Source of the DNA: Candidatus Latescibacterota bacterium
GTDB taxonomy: Bacteria; Latescibacterota; UBA2968
Direction: 5' to 3'
DNA: 64,000 nt
NCBI GenBank assembly: GCA_965207885.1
Contig: OZ242311.1
Location: 2,272,001-2,336,000 of the forward strand
Positions 38,077 through 48,945 of the stretch are shown in pieces (position 1 is the first letter of the stretch; each line of letters starts with the position of its first letter). The notes under the pieces were generated by a model. The model was given only the letters and a program-made list of their open reading frames with translations, was not told where the DNA came from and did not search any database. Made by a program: the position numbers and the translations under genes.

Positions 38077-40065
38077 GTGTCCCAACCATTAGAAACTCCA
38101 CGCGACCGTCAAGACCAGGTGCCCGACTCTTCTCGAGATAGGGGGTTGACCCTTCGCTCGGTACTCATTGGGCTTTGCTTTGCTGGTCTGGCCAACTTCT
38201 GGGTGACCTGGTCCGACTACATCATACATTCCTCGACATGGAATCTGAGCCATTTTCCGATGGTCAACTTTATTCTTTTTCTATTGTTGACCGTCTTTTT
38301 AGCTGTGGCCGGACGAGTATTTGGCCCCCGATTTGCGCTTGCACCTTCGGAATTGGCAACAGTAATGAGCATGGGGCTGGTCGGCAGTGTCGTGCCCACC
38401 AATGGATTCATCGGATATGTTCTCGGCATTCTGGCGACGCCGTATTATCTGGCGACGCCGGAAAACGGGTGGGGTATCTATTTTCATCCCTACATTCCCG
38501 ATTGGATGGCACCATCGAACTCCGGCGATTCCATGCGGTATCTCTTTGAGGGATTGCCCGGTGGTATGCGGATTCCCTGGCAGGTCTGGATAGGTCCTCT
38601 TCTCTGGTGGCTGAGTTTTGCCGGGGGTATTGCCCTGGTCTCGGCATGTATTGTCGTATGCATGAGAAAACAATGGACTGATTACGAACGCCTCGATTAT
38701 CCCATCATCGGAGTAGGGATCGATATGGCAATGAGGTCGCGAGCTGTGGGTTGGTTGCCGGAATATATGCACGGTCGCATTTTCTGGGGTGGATTCGCGG
38801 TTTCTTGTGGCATCGTTTGCTGGAATATCCCAGGCTACTTCATGCCCGGTATTCCCGCTTTCCCACTCTTGCCTCAGTGGTTTACCTTTGCAACCGGTTT
38901 TCCAACAATTGATTTCCACATCAGCTTTTTCGCCTTTGCCTTCGCCTTCTTCGTCAATCTCGAGGCCCTGTTCAGTACCTGGTTCTTTTTTTTACTTTTC
39001 ATTTTACAAAGCGGCGTTTTCAACCGGTTTGGGTACACCATAGGCACCCGTGGTGATCCCTGGTCCTCTCTAAATCCCGCAGTGGGTTGGCAAAGCTGGG
39101 GGGCGATGTGTTTTATCGTCTTCTGGGGACTCTGGGTTGGGCGAAATCACATCAAGCAAGTCTTCTACCAGGCCTTCCGTTCCGCCCAAGCTGGTCGTTC
39201 AGAAGAAATGATGTCCTACCGCATAGCTATTTTCGGGTTGGTCTTCGGGCTCGTCTATGTGATCGGTTTTCTGCACCATGCGGGGATGAGTTATAAGATG
39301 GCCATCGTCCTGATTTCCTGTACTCTCGTCGGATACCTTGGTGTTGCCCGTATCGTAGCGGAGACGGGCCTTCTTTATGTCGTCGTACCGGTGACGGGCC
39401 AGTCGGCCACCATATATCTTCTGGGGTCATATGGTATGCCTCCAGAAAGTATGACGGCCATGGTATTCACCTATATGCTCGTTACCCGGGGGGCAGCTAT
39501 GTTCATGCCCTCGTTCACGCAAATGGGCAAGCTCGCGGATCGAATTCCCCAGGTTCGACGAGGACTGATGTCGGCACTGGGTGGTGCGATCATTGCTGGA
39601 GTCGTGATTTCCATTGTGGTTACCTTCTATCTGGGATACAGCCAGGGCGCCTACAACTTCAATATCTGGGTATTTGGCCTGGGAAGTCAGGTTCCCTTTA
39701 TCGACACACTCACAAAAATCCGAACGCCCTTTTCCACGGACTGGAATCGCCTGTCTTTCTTTGGAATCGGAGTGGCTGTCTCTGCCCTGTTGACCTTTCT
39801 GCGTTACAGGTTTCCAGGGTGGCCCCTTTCTCCGATCGGCTTTCCGCTTTCCACCTCATGGCCAATGAGGAGGATCGGTTTCACAATTTTTCTGGCCTGG
39901 TTGGTAAAGGCGCTGGTTATGAAGATCGGAGGCGTTGTCCTCTACAGGCGATTTCAGCCCTTTGCACTGGGCCTGGTTGTCGGTTGGGCCGTCGGTGTGG
40001 GAATATCTTTTGCGGTAGATATCATCTGGTTTCCCGGTCAAGGCCACATGATTCACTGGTATTGA
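38077..40065 (+). CDS. DUF6785/DUF6784-type polytopic membrane protein, paralog 2
   Basis: Same length (662 aa) and near-collinear with 33211..35199. Confidence 0.75.
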   Translation: MSQPLETPRDRQDQVPDSSRDRGLTLRSVLIGLCFAGLANFWVTWSDYIIHSSTWNLSHFPMVNFILFLLLTVFLAVAGRVFGPRFALAPSELATVMSMGLVGSVVPTNGFIGYVLGILATPYYLATPENGWGIYFHPYIPDWMAPSNSGDSMRYLFEGLPGGMRIPWQVWIGPLLWWLSFAGGIALVSACIVVCMRKQWTDYERLDYPIIGVGIDMAMRSRAVGWLPEYMHGRIFWGGFAVSCGIVCWNIPGYFMPGIPAFPLLPQWFTFATGFPTIDFHISFFAFAFAFFVNLEALFSTWFFFLLFILQSGVFNRFGYTIGTRGDPWSSLNPAVGWQSWGAMCFIVFWGLWVGRNHIKQVFYQAFRSAQAGRSEEMMSYRIAIFGLVFGLVYVIGFLHHAGMSYKMAIVLISCTLVGYLGVARIVAETGLLYVVVPVTGQSATIYLLGSYGMPPESMTAMVFTYMLVTRGAAMFMPSFTQMGKLADRIPQVRRGLMSALGGAIIAGVVISIVVTFYLGYSQGAYNFNIWVFGLGSQVPFIDTLTKIRTPFSTDWNRLSFFGIGVAVSALLTFLRYRFPGWPLSPIGFPLSTSWPMRRIGFTIFLAWLVKALVMKIGGVVLYRRFQPFALGLVVGWAVGVGISFAVDIIWFPGQGHMIHWY

Positions 40066-40081
40066 GAGAGGAGATGTTTCA

Positions 40082-41512
40082 ATGGACTTATCAGGTTTTT
40101 TTATCGTAGCCCCATCTGTGGTCGGAATCGGCGAGCCGTTTGAGCTGAAGCTCAAGCTGCTCGGAGAGGTTCGGGAGATTCCTCCCGAATGCTTCCCTCT
40201 CAACCAGACCGAACCACAACTGAGCAGCCGGTACAATCTGTCTCCAAGGGGATTGGCCTTCAAGGACAACGTCCTGCCCGAATTCGAGGGTTCGATTGAC
40301 CTCTCCGGTGGTGACGGCTATGAAGGACCGGCCACCTATACATTTGAAGGGGGGCGGCGGCCTATTGCCGCTATACCGGGAATTCGCTATACTCAGGAAG
40401 GCTTCCACTATATTACCGTTACGGCCAATGGAAAGCAGGCCCGCAGCAATCCCATTCGCGTCTGTCAGGCTCCCCCGGTAGAACGCCTCTTCTGGGGAGA
40501 CACCCACGCCCACACCATTTTTAGCGACGCTATTCGTTCTCCCGAGGAAGTCTATGGTTTTGCCCGCGACGAAGGATTTCTGGACCTGTTTTCAATGACC
40601 GATCACGCCGAAGCCCTGACTGATCGGCAGTGGGACTACTTTGTCAGCGTCGCGAACGACCACTATGAACCGGGCCGGTTTGCCACACTCGTGGCGCTTG
40701 AGTGGACCAATTTCGAAGTCGGCCATAGAAACGTTTACTACCCGGGAGACTACGGTCCTATTCTTCGCGCTACGGACTCGCCCTATCAGGACCTGGAAGG
40801 TCTCTATCGAGCCGCCAGAGAGCACGGCGCCCTCCTCGTCCCGCACCATTCGGCCAATACCCAGATGGGCGTCAAATGGCACGCGGGGCACGATCCCGAA
40901 ATGGAACGCCTTGTAGAAATTCACTCTGTGTGGGCATGCAGCGAAAGGGCCGAACACCAGGGCAACCCCTATCCCATCAGAGTTCAGGATGGTGAGACAG
41001 ACGGCCAGCACGTCATCGATGCTCTGAACTTGGGCTACCGGTTCGGCATCATTGGTAGCGGAGACATCCACGATGGAAGGCCCGGAGACGACCTTTCCAG
41101 CCTGCAAAACATGGCGCAATCCCACCTCACCGCACGGCAGGGCATCATGGGTTTCTGGGCGAAGGAACTCACCCGTGAAGCCGCATTCGAAGCCATGTGG
41201 AACCGCCGCGTTTTTGGTACCATGAATGTCCGCGTGTACCTCCGCTTCGAAGTCTGTGGCGCTTTTATGGGATCCACCGTCAGGCACGACGGCCCCCGGC
41301 ATATTCGCCTGGAAGCTGCCAGCGAGTCCCCCTTTACGCTTATTGAAATTGTGCGAAACGGCGAAACCGTCCAGAAGATTGAACCCGGCGAATGCGAAAT
41401 TCTCTGGGAGACGCAAGACGGAGGCTCGGGAGGCATGGACTATTATTATGGTCGCCTCATGCGAGAAGACGGTCAAATGGCCTGGTCCAGCCCGGTGTGG
41501 GTCGAGTCCTGA
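40082..41512 (+). CDS. PHP-fold metallohydrolase (CehA/McbA or DUF3604-like)
   Basis: WGDTHAHT-FSD, TDH, EW...GH-NV, PHH, G-GD-H and AWSSP-W. Confidence 0.78.
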   Translation: MDLSGFFIVAPSVVGIGEPFELKLKLLGEVREIPPECFPLNQTEPQLSSRYNLSPRGLAFKDNVLPEFEGSIDLSGGDGYEGPATYTFEGGRRPIAAIPGIRYTQEGFHYITVTANGKQARSNPIRVCQAPPVERLFWGDTHAHTIFSDAIRSPEEVYGFARDEGFLDLFSMTDHAEALTDRQWDYFVSVANDHYEPGRFATLVALEWTNFEVGHRNVYYPGDYGPILRATDSPYQDLEGLYRAAREHGALLVPHHSANTQMGVKWHAGHDPEMERLVEIHSVWACSERAEHQGNPYPIRVQDGETDGQHVIDALNLGYRFGIIGSGDIHDGRPGDDLSSLQNMAQSHLTARQGIMGFWAKELTREAAFEAMWNRRVFGTMNVRVYLRFEVCGAFMGSTVRHDGPRHIRLEAASESPFTLIEIVRNGETVQKIEPGECEILWETQDGGSGGMDYYYGRLMREDGQMAWSSPVWVES

Positions 41513-41541
41513 TTCGCTCTGCGCCGCCTATGGAGAAAATC

Positions 41542-43038
41542 ATGGATAGAGTGATCATTGCAGAGTGCAAGCAGGAAGTCTCGACGTTTAATCCCGTATC
41601 CAGTCAGTATGACGATTTTCGAATCGTGCGTGGGCCTGATATGCTCGATTTCCATCGCGGCGTCGGTCACGAAGTCGGCGGTGCCCTGAGCGTTTTGGAC
41701 CGGAAAGAATCGTTTCACCTCGTGCCCACATACGGAGCATGTGCGAACACGTCTGGAGGTGTGCTTTCAAAAGAAGGCTTTGACCGTTTGAGCGATGAGT
41801 TTCTCGAAAGTATCCGGGATGCTGGTGAAGTGGATGGAGCTTATTTCTCGCTTCACGGTGCCATGCAGGCCGAGAGCGAAAATGATCCCGAAGGCTACTT
41901 GCTACAGGAAGCCCGTCGCATCCTCGGTGACCAGATTCCGATTGTGGTATCCCTGGACCTGCACGGTATCCTCACTGATCGGATGCTCGAGCATTGTGAC
42001 GCTGTCGTCACGTACCACACCTATCCGCATATAGACTTCGTCGCAACAGGAAAGCGCGCGGCCTTTCTGTTGACCAGGATGCTGGATGGAAATATTCGTC
42101 CCGTGACTGCAAGGGTCAAGATCCCGGCGCTGGTGCGTGGCGATGAAATGATTACTGAGACCGGGGCGATTCGCGAATGTATTCAACTGGCGAAGCAGAT
42201 CGAAACCAGCGAAGTGGGTCTTTCTGCCGGCGTGATGTGGGGAAACCCGTTCACCGATGTTCCGGAGCTTCGAACAAATAGTATCGTTGTCATGGACGGC
42301 GATGAAGCCGCCGCCATGCAATACGCGGTGGATCTGGCAAACCGGTTCTGGAAGCATCACGAAAAGATGCAGGTGCCCCTGACTGGCCTCGGAGAAGGCG
42401 TCCGGCTCGCTGCAGAAGTCGATTCCGGAACCGTCGTCATGATGGATGCAGCCGACGCGACCAGCTCCGGTGCATCGGGTGATAGCAATGCCATTGTGCG
42501 AGAACTGATGCGTCAGGAATATCCCGGGTGGGTCCTTGCACCGGTCGTGGATCCCGCTGCCGTCCAGAAAGCTTTCGACGCGGGCATAGGCGCCACCATT
42601 CGCACTACCGTAGGCGGTGCGTTCGACAGGGCCAGGTATGAACCTCTGGAAATAGAGGCCCGGGTTCACCTGCTTTCAGATGGCGTTTTTCGCAGCGAGA
42701 CCTTCGGCTGGCACTGGAATTCGGGAAATACTGCCGTTCTCAAGGTGGATAATTATACTCTTGTGGTCGGTACAAGGCCAGTCAGCCTGTTTGACCGATC
42801 GTGGTTTTACGCTCACGGGCAGGATCCTGAGAAATTCGATCTGGTTGTCGTAAAGTCGCCTCATTGCGAACCCCACATGTTTGCCGACTGGTGCGCGAAA
42901 CTGATCAATGTTGACGCCCCCGGGGCGACGAGCGCGAACTTGCAGAGCCTCGGACATACGATTTGTAATCGACCGATTTTTCCGCTGGATGATGTCATGG
43001 CATTTTCTCCGAAAGCGGATGTATTCCGTCGGAATTGA
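41542..43038 (+). CDS. M81-family metallopeptidase (MlrC-like)
   Basis: QE-STFNP, LHGAM, DLHG, YHTYPHID, VVKS and RPIFPLD; ATG 41542 with a GGAGAA RBS. Confidence 0.9.
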   Translation: MDRVIIAECKQEVSTFNPVSSQYDDFRIVRGPDMLDFHRGVGHEVGGALSVLDRKESFHLVPTYGACANTSGGVLSKEGFDRLSDEFLESIRDAGEVDGAYFSLHGAMQAESENDPEGYLLQEARRILGDQIPIVVSLDLHGILTDRMLEHCDAVVTYHTYPHIDFVATGKRAAFLLTRMLDGNIRPVTARVKIPALVRGDEMITETGAIRECIQLAKQIETSEVGLSAGVMWGNPFTDVPELRTNSIVVMDGDEAAAMQYAVDLANRFWKHHEKMQVPLTGLGEGVRLAAEVDSGTVVMMDAADATSSGASGDSNAIVRELMRQEYPGWVLAPVVDPAAVQKAFDAGIGATIRTTVGGAFDRARYEPLEIEARVHLLSDGVFRSETFGWHWNSGNTAVLKVDNYTLVVGTRPVSLFDRSWFYAHGQDPEKFDLVVVKSPHCEPHMFADWCAKLINVDAPGATSANLQSLGHTICNRPIFPLDDVMAFSPKADVFRRN

Positions 43039-43119
43039 ATGGGGCATGTCATCACCAACACATATATTGGATCACCCTCGCTTCCATCCAGCATTGGGAC
43101 TGATACAGAAAGAACGCCT

Positions 43120-44850
43120 ATGCCACACGCCAACCAGATTGATCCCATCCGATTTGAGGTCATCCGCAATGCGCTGTCCGAAGCCACGGAAGAAATGGCG
43201 ATTGCCCTGCGCCGCAGTGCTTACTCCACCAATATCAAAACCCGAGCCGACTTCTCCTGTGTCCTTTTTGACAGCCGGGTTCGGGTCGTCGCCCAGGCTT
43301 TCGCGCAGCCCGTCCACCTCGGCTCCCTGTCCTTACTTGTCCCCAGGATGGTGGAAGCATACGGGGCTGAAAATCTCGGCCCGGGTGACGCCATTTTGGC
43401 CAACGACCCCTATCTGGGTGGCGTACACCTGAATGACATCACCCTCATTTCACCCGTGTACCACAACAACATTTGCCTGGGATATGTTGCCAACCTGGCT
43501 CACCATGTAGATGTAGGTGGAGGGGCCCCTGCGAGTATCGGTGCTTTCAGGGAAGTCTTTCAAGAGGGTGTCATCATCCCGCCGGTCAAGCTCGTTGAGC
43601 GGGGCGAACTCGTCCCCAATATCTTCGATCTCATCCTCGCGCAAATTCGTTCGAAACGCGAAATGGCAGGCGATCTGCGTGCCCAAATCGCAGCCAACAA
43701 CACAGGTGTTCGCCGCTTATGTGCCCTCGCCGATCGCATGGGCAGCGACACGGTGTCGTTCTATATTCGCGAATTGATTGCCTACACGGAACGGCGCACG
43801 CGCGTGGAAATTGGAAATTTGCCGAATGGCGATTTTTCGGCGGATGGACAGGTGGATAACGACGGTTTTTCGGACCGACCAGTACACCTTGCCGCGCGAG
43901 TCAGTATTCAGAATGATCAGATATGCTTCGATTTTACCGGCTCTGACGTTCAGCGTAGCGCTCCGGTGAATTCAACCGTGGCGATGACTTTTTCCGCCTG
44001 TGCCTATGTTCTCAAGTGCCTCATTGATCCGGATGTGCCGGTCAATGCAGGTTTCTATAATGCGGTTCAAATGGTCGCGCCCGAGGGAACGGTTGTCAAC
44101 TGCTCTCCCCACGCACCGGTTGTCGGAGGCTGGGAGACCCAATTGCGGCTGACAGATGTCATGCTAAGGGCTTTGGCCCCCGCATTTCCCGATCACATTC
44201 CAGCAGGTACCAAAGCCATGGTATGTCATGCGGGGTTCGGCGGAATTATCGCCAGCACAGGCGAGTATTACTGCTTTTTGGAAACCCTGGCCGGTGGCTA
44301 TGGTGGTCGTGCCACGAGCGATGGGCCGGACGCCGTTCAGACCCATGGGCAGAACACCGAAAACGCACCCATTGAGGAAACAGAAATCAACTACCCTGTG
44401 CGCATTGCGCGCTACGAACTGGTCGAAAACTCCGAAGGTCCTGGTAAATTCCGGGGCGGATTGGGCCTCCGGCGTGATTACCTCTTCCCCGACTATGAAA
44501 CCTCCTTCACCATCCTCGCTGACCGGGATAGGATGGGCCCCAGGGGCCTATTCGGCGGCAAACCTGGTCGCACAGCCAGTTATTTCCTCAAATCGAATGG
44601 AGAAACCGTCCGACTTGGTTCGAAAACTACCGTTCAGCTCCAACCGGGAGACATTGTCAGCTATCGCACCTGCGGTGGCGGCGGCTACGGTCTGCCCGCG
44701 AAACGGGATCCCGAACGCGTGTTGCGCGATGTTCGAAACGGTATGGTCAGCCGGGAACGAGCAAGGGAGATCTACCGAACGGAGATCGATACGGAGGCCT
44801 GGCGTGTGAACGATGGAGAAACGATGAGGTTGCGGAGCGAGATTACCTGA
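43120..44850 (+). CDS. Hydantoinase B/oxoprolinase-family subunit (pair 1)
   Basis: DPI-FEV, NDPYLGGVHLND, HHVDVGG, QEG and GGGGYG-P--R. Confidence 0.92.
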   Translation: MPHANQIDPIRFEVIRNALSEATEEMAIALRRSAYSTNIKTRADFSCVLFDSRVRVVAQAFAQPVHLGSLSLLVPRMVEAYGAENLGPGDAILANDPYLGGVHLNDITLISPVYHNNICLGYVANLAHHVDVGGGAPASIGAFREVFQEGVIIPPVKLVERGELVPNIFDLILAQIRSKREMAGDLRAQIAANNTGVRRLCALADRMGSDTVSFYIRELIAYTERRTRVEIGNLPNGDFSADGQVDNDGFSDRPVHLAARVSIQNDQICFDFTGSDVQRSAPVNSTVAMTFSACAYVLKCLIDPDVPVNAGFYNAVQMVAPEGTVVNCSPHAPVVGGWETQLRLTDVMLRALAPAFPDHIPAGTKAMVCHAGFGGIIASTGEYYCFLETLAGGYGGRATSDGPDAVQTHGQNTENAPIEETEINYPVRIARYELVENSEGPGKFRGGLGLRRDYLFPDYETSFTILADRDRMGPRGLFGGKPGRTASYFLKSNGETVRLGSKTTVQLQPGDIVSYRTCGGGGYGLPAKRDPERVLRDVRNGMVSRERAREIYRTEIDTEAWRVNDGETMRLRSEIT

Positions 44851-44884
44851 TCATCCATCCACCCGGTTTTGGAGAAACATAAAA

Positions 44885-46966
44885 ATGGCGTACCGGCTGG
44901 GCATTGACATTGGTGGAACATTCACAGATGCAACGCTCATCGATGAAGAAACAGGAGAGATCCGCGTCGGTAAGGTGTCGTCCACGCCGCGGGATCCTTC
45001 CCTCGGATTTATGGAAGCCACCCGTCGAATTTTGGGCGAAGCAGAAATTGAACCGGCTGACGTGGGCTATATCGTACACGGAACCACAGTGGTCACTAAT
45101 GCGATTATCGAAGGCAAAACCGCTCGGACGGGTTTTATCACCACAGGTGGCTTCCGCGATCTGCTTGAAATCGCGCGCCAGACCCGTCCATCGCTTTACG
45201 ACCTGCAGTTTGAAAAGCCCCGACCGCTGGTACCGCGCTACCTCTGTTTCGGTGTGCCGGAGCGTCTGGATGCGAGGGGAAATATTCTCGAGCCTCTCGA
45301 TGAAAAAGCCGTCTCCGCCGCGGCGAGCCAACTGCGCCGGGAGGGTGTGGAATCGATCGCGGTCTGCCTACTTCACGCCTACACCAATCCCGTTCACGAG
45401 CAGCGAGTCGGAGAGATTCTGAGGAGGGACTTTCCCGAAGCGATGGTGTCGCTGTCTTCGGAAGTATCACCGGAATTCCGGGAGTATTTCCGGGCCAGCA
45501 CCACCGTCATCAACGCCTGTATTCGGCCTGTTGCTGCGCGCTATTTGGAAAACATCCAGGCCCGGTTGCGAGAAGAAGGGTTAATGGCGCAACTTTTGGT
45601 TATGCAAAGCAGTGGGGGAGTTCTGACCTTTGGAGCGGCAGCTAAAAAACCGGTTTTTCTCGTCGAATCAGGTCCCGCGGCTGGCGTGATCGCAGCTACC
45701 TATCTGGGCGATATACTGGGGCATCCCAATGTGATCTCTTTTGATATGGGAGGGACAACGGCCAAAGCGGGCCTCGTACAGGATGGGCGGCCCCAGGTGA
45801 CTAAGGATTACGAGGTGGGGGCTATTGCTCAGGCGGGCGCAGCAAGAGGCGGGGGATATCCCATCCGCACACCCGTCATCGACCTGGTGGAAATCGGCGC
45901 CGGTGGTGGGTCGATCGCCTGGATAGACCCGGGTGGTGTGTTGCGGGTGGGACCGCACAGCGCGGGAGCCGATCCCGGTCCGGTGTGCTACGGAAAGGGC
46001 GGCGATGATCCCACGATCACCGATGCCAACCTGGTGCTGGGGCGCCTCAACCCGGATTACTTTTTAGGCGGTGAGATCGCACTGGACGCAGAAGCCGCTC
46101 AAATGGCGATTCAGCAGAAATGCGCTGATCCGCTGGGACTGGATCCCGTAGAAGCCGCCCACGGGATTGTGGAAATCGCCAACGCGGCCATGGTCAACGC
46201 CCTTCGGCTGGTTTCTGTTCAGCGGGGATACGATCCGAGAGAATTCGTGCTGGTGGCCTTCGGCGGGGCAGGCCCGGTACATGCCAATCGCCTGATGGCA
46301 GAAATGGAGATTCCGACTACCCTGATTCCGATGAGTCCGGGAACCACTTCGGCGATGGGCCTGCTCGTGACAGATCTCAAGCACGATTATTCGACAACAT
46401 TCATATGCCAGGTAGATAAGCTGGATCTCAAAGAGGTGGCGACAGCGTTCCGCAATATGGAACAACAGGGGAGGGCGATACTGGAGGAAGAAGGGGTGCA
46501 GGACAAGGACAAGGACTTCCTGCGCCAGGTAGATATGCGCTATGTAGGCCAGAGCTATGAACTGACCGTGCCTCTTTCTGGAACTGAATTCACACCAGCC
46601 GGGATTGAAGCCCTGCTGATCTACTTTCATCGGGAACACGACCGGGCCTACGGATACAGCGCCCCTGAAGAACCTGCGGAATTTGTCAATCTTCGCCTTT
46701 CAGCAATTGGTCGAATCGCAAAACCCCGACTCCGTAGCCTCGATTCAAATTCAGACGTTCCGGCTCTCAAAACCAGCCGGCCCGTTTACTTTTCCGAGCG
46801 CAACGAATTTGTGGATTGTCCGATTTACGACCGCTATAACCTCGCCGCGGGGAATATTTTGGATGGACCTGCGATCGTTGAAGAAATTGATTCCACGACC
46901 GTTATCCACCCCGGATATCGGGGAACCGTAGATACGTACGGGAACCTGATTTTGACCCGGGTATAG
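44885..46966 (+). CDS. Hydantoinase A/oxoprolinase-family ATP-binding subunit (pair 1)
   Basis: DIGGTFTD, HGTT, ESGPAAG, DMGGTTAK and IGAGGGS. Confidence 0.93.
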   Translation: MAYRLGIDIGGTFTDATLIDEETGEIRVGKVSSTPRDPSLGFMEATRRILGEAEIEPADVGYIVHGTTVVTNAIIEGKTARTGFITTGGFRDLLEIARQTRPSLYDLQFEKPRPLVPRYLCFGVPERLDARGNILEPLDEKAVSAAASQLRREGVESIAVCLLHAYTNPVHEQRVGEILRRDFPEAMVSLSSEVSPEFREYFRASTTVINACIRPVAARYLENIQARLREEGLMAQLLVMQSSGGVLTFGAAAKKPVFLVESGPAAGVIAATYLGDILGHPNVISFDMGGTTAKAGLVQDGRPQVTKDYEVGAIAQAGAARGGGYPIRTPVIDLVEIGAGGGSIAWIDPGGVLRVGPHSAGADPGPVCYGKGGDDPTITDANLVLGRLNPDYFLGGEIALDAEAAQMAIQQKCADPLGLDPVEAAHGIVEIANAAMVNALRLVSVQRGYDPREFVLVAFGGAGPVHANRLMAEMEIPTTLIPMSPGTTSAMGLLVTDLKHDYSTTFICQVDKLDLKEVATAFRNMEQQGRAILEEEGVQDKDKDFLRQVDMRYVGQSYELTVPLSGTEFTPAGIEALLIYFHREHDRAYGYSAPEEPAEFVNLRLSAIGRIAKPRLRSLDSNSDVPALKTSRPVYFSERNEFVDCPIYDRYNLAAGNILDGPAIVEEIDSTTVIHPGYRGTVDTYGNLILTRV

Positions 46967-47014
46967 GGCAGAGCGAGACTTCTGGAATACACTGCCATGG
47001 CAGAGGAGCAAAGG

Positions 47015-48925
47015 ATGTCTCATACTGAAGCTGAATACGGAATCGTCCTGTCGAAAAACGTCATGGTCTCCATGCGGGACGGTACTCGTCTGGCCACAGA
47101 TATTTACCGCCCGGCACGCGATGGAGATCCACTGCCGGGACCCTTTCCCACAATTCTGTGTCGCACCCCGTATGACAAATCCGATGCACGCTATGAGGAA
47201 ATAGGAGACTTCTTTACGCCACACGGGTATGTGACTGTGCTCCAGGACCTGCGAGGCCGACACCTTTCTGAAGGTTTGGGTCAGTACTTCCACGTTGCCA
47301 ACATCAATGACGGTCTGGACGGCTATGATACTGTTGAATGGATCGCTGCCCAACCATGGTCAAACAAACGCGTGGGGGCTGTTGGCAGTTCTTTCGCGGC
47401 TCTGGTGCAGACACGAATGGCGTTTCACCGTCCGCCGCATCTCACCGCCATCTGGCCAGACGTAACACCTATTAACAGCTATCACCACCAGTCACGAGAA
47501 GGCGGAGCCATGCAGATGCACATGTTCTGGGCGCTTTACCTCCATGCTCAGGACGCACAGGAAATCCAGAATGACCCTGAAGCGCAGGACGCTGTCTGGA
47601 ACGATCTCCGCGGGATTCGCGAGCTTCTCGTTTCGATGCCGTTTCAGCCCGGTCAAACTGCTCTATCCGCAATTCCCAATCTCGAAAAAACGCTTTTTGA
47701 CTACTATCATCGGGGAGAATACGATAGTTTCTGGGAGCGGGAATACAACGATTTCGAGCGGAATTTCGAACGCCACGCAGATATTCCTGGCACCTATTCA
47801 AGCGGCTGGTACGACCCGTACGCGGTAGCCGTCACGGGCTATTTTGCCGCAATGGCCAAACAAAACTCTTCGCCGCAGCGACTGGTGATGGGCCCCTGGA
47901 ATCACGTGGGGATGAGAGGGGATTCTTCTTTCACGGGAGATGTAGATTTTGGATCTGATAGTGTTTGGGGTGTAAGCCGCTACTTCGAAGAGCAACACCG
48001 GTTTTTTGACGCGTGGCTAAGAGACGAGTCTTCGGGAAAGGAAGACGGTCCACCTGTGAGTATATTTGTGATGGGCGGGGGAACAGGGCGCAAAACAGAC
48101 GAGGGAAAATACCATCACGGAGGAAGATGGCGTCGTGAGTGGGAGTGGCCGTTGACCCGTACCCGTTCCATTCAGTACCACTTTCATTCGCAAGGCCTGC
48201 TGAGTACGGATGAGCCTGATGAGGAAAGCTCTCCCTTGTCCTTCACCTACGATCCCACCAATCCGGTACCCACGATTGGAGGCAGTCTGTGCGGTATCAT
48301 GGAACTCCCGGAGGATGATGGAGACCTGGACCAGATGTGGAGCCGGTTTCTCTCTCCTGTCACGCGACTGCGCAACATCGTCATTCCCGGGCCCGCCCAT
48401 CAAAAGGAATCTGCCGACGTATTTGGCGCGAATCCTCCCTACCAGCTTTTGGCGGATCGACCGGATGTGCTGGTCTTTCAGACGTTTCCTCTGGAGGAGG
48501 ATCTGGAAGTAACCGGATCCGCCATCGTTACATTGTGGATTTCTTCCTCGGCTCCCGATACCGATTTCACTGCGAAGCTCATTGACCTTGCGCCGGCCAA
48601 CGATGACTATCCGGATGGATATGCAATGAACCTCGTGGATTCCGTGATTCGCACGCGGTATCGAAATAGCTGGGAACAGGAAGAACTCATGGAACCCGGT
48701 GCAGTCTATCGGGTTCAGATTCCTCTGCCCCCAACCAGTAATTTGTTTCAAGCCGGGCATCGGATTCGAATCGATATATCCAGTAGCAATTTCCCCCGCC
48801 TGGACCTGAATCCCAATACGGGCGAACCGATGGGGAGACATACACAGATGGTACCCGCACGCAACACGGTATATATGGACAAGCAGTGCCCGTCGGGCGT
48901 ACTTCTGCCGACGATCCCGGTCTAA
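47015..48925 (+). CDS. CocE/NonD-family serine hydrolase (S15-like)
   Basis: MRDG-RLATDIYRP, RTPY, QDLRGR-SEG, G-S-F nucleophile motif, GWYD, GPWNH and SSSNFPR. Confidence 0.92.
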   Translation: MSHTEAEYGIVLSKNVMVSMRDGTRLATDIYRPARDGDPLPGPFPTILCRTPYDKSDARYEEIGDFFTPHGYVTVLQDLRGRHLSEGLGQYFHVANINDGLDGYDTVEWIAAQPWSNKRVGAVGSSFAALVQTRMAFHRPPHLTAIWPDVTPINSYHHQSREGGAMQMHMFWALYLHAQDAQEIQNDPEAQDAVWNDLRGIRELLVSMPFQPGQTALSAIPNLEKTLFDYYHRGEYDSFWEREYNDFERNFERHADIPGTYSSGWYDPYAVAVTGYFAAMAKQNSSPQRLVMGPWNHVGMRGDSSFTGDVDFGSDSVWGVSRYFEEQHRFFDAWLRDESSGKEDGPPVSIFVMGGGTGRKTDEGKYHHGGRWRREWEWPLTRTRSIQYHFHSQGLLSTDEPDEESSPLSFTYDPTNPVPTIGGSLCGIMELPEDDGDLDQMWSRFLSPVTRLRNIVIPGPAHQKESADVFGANPPYQLLADRPDVLVFQTFPLEEDLEVTGSAIVTLWISSSAPDTDFTAKLIDLAPANDDYPDGYAMNLVDSVIRTRYRNSWEQEELMEPGAVYRVQIPLPPTSNLFQAGHRIRIDISSSNFPRLDLNPNTGEPMGRHTQMVPARNTVYMDKQCPSGVLLPTIPV

Positions 48926-48945
48926 GCATTTATAGGAGAGAACAT

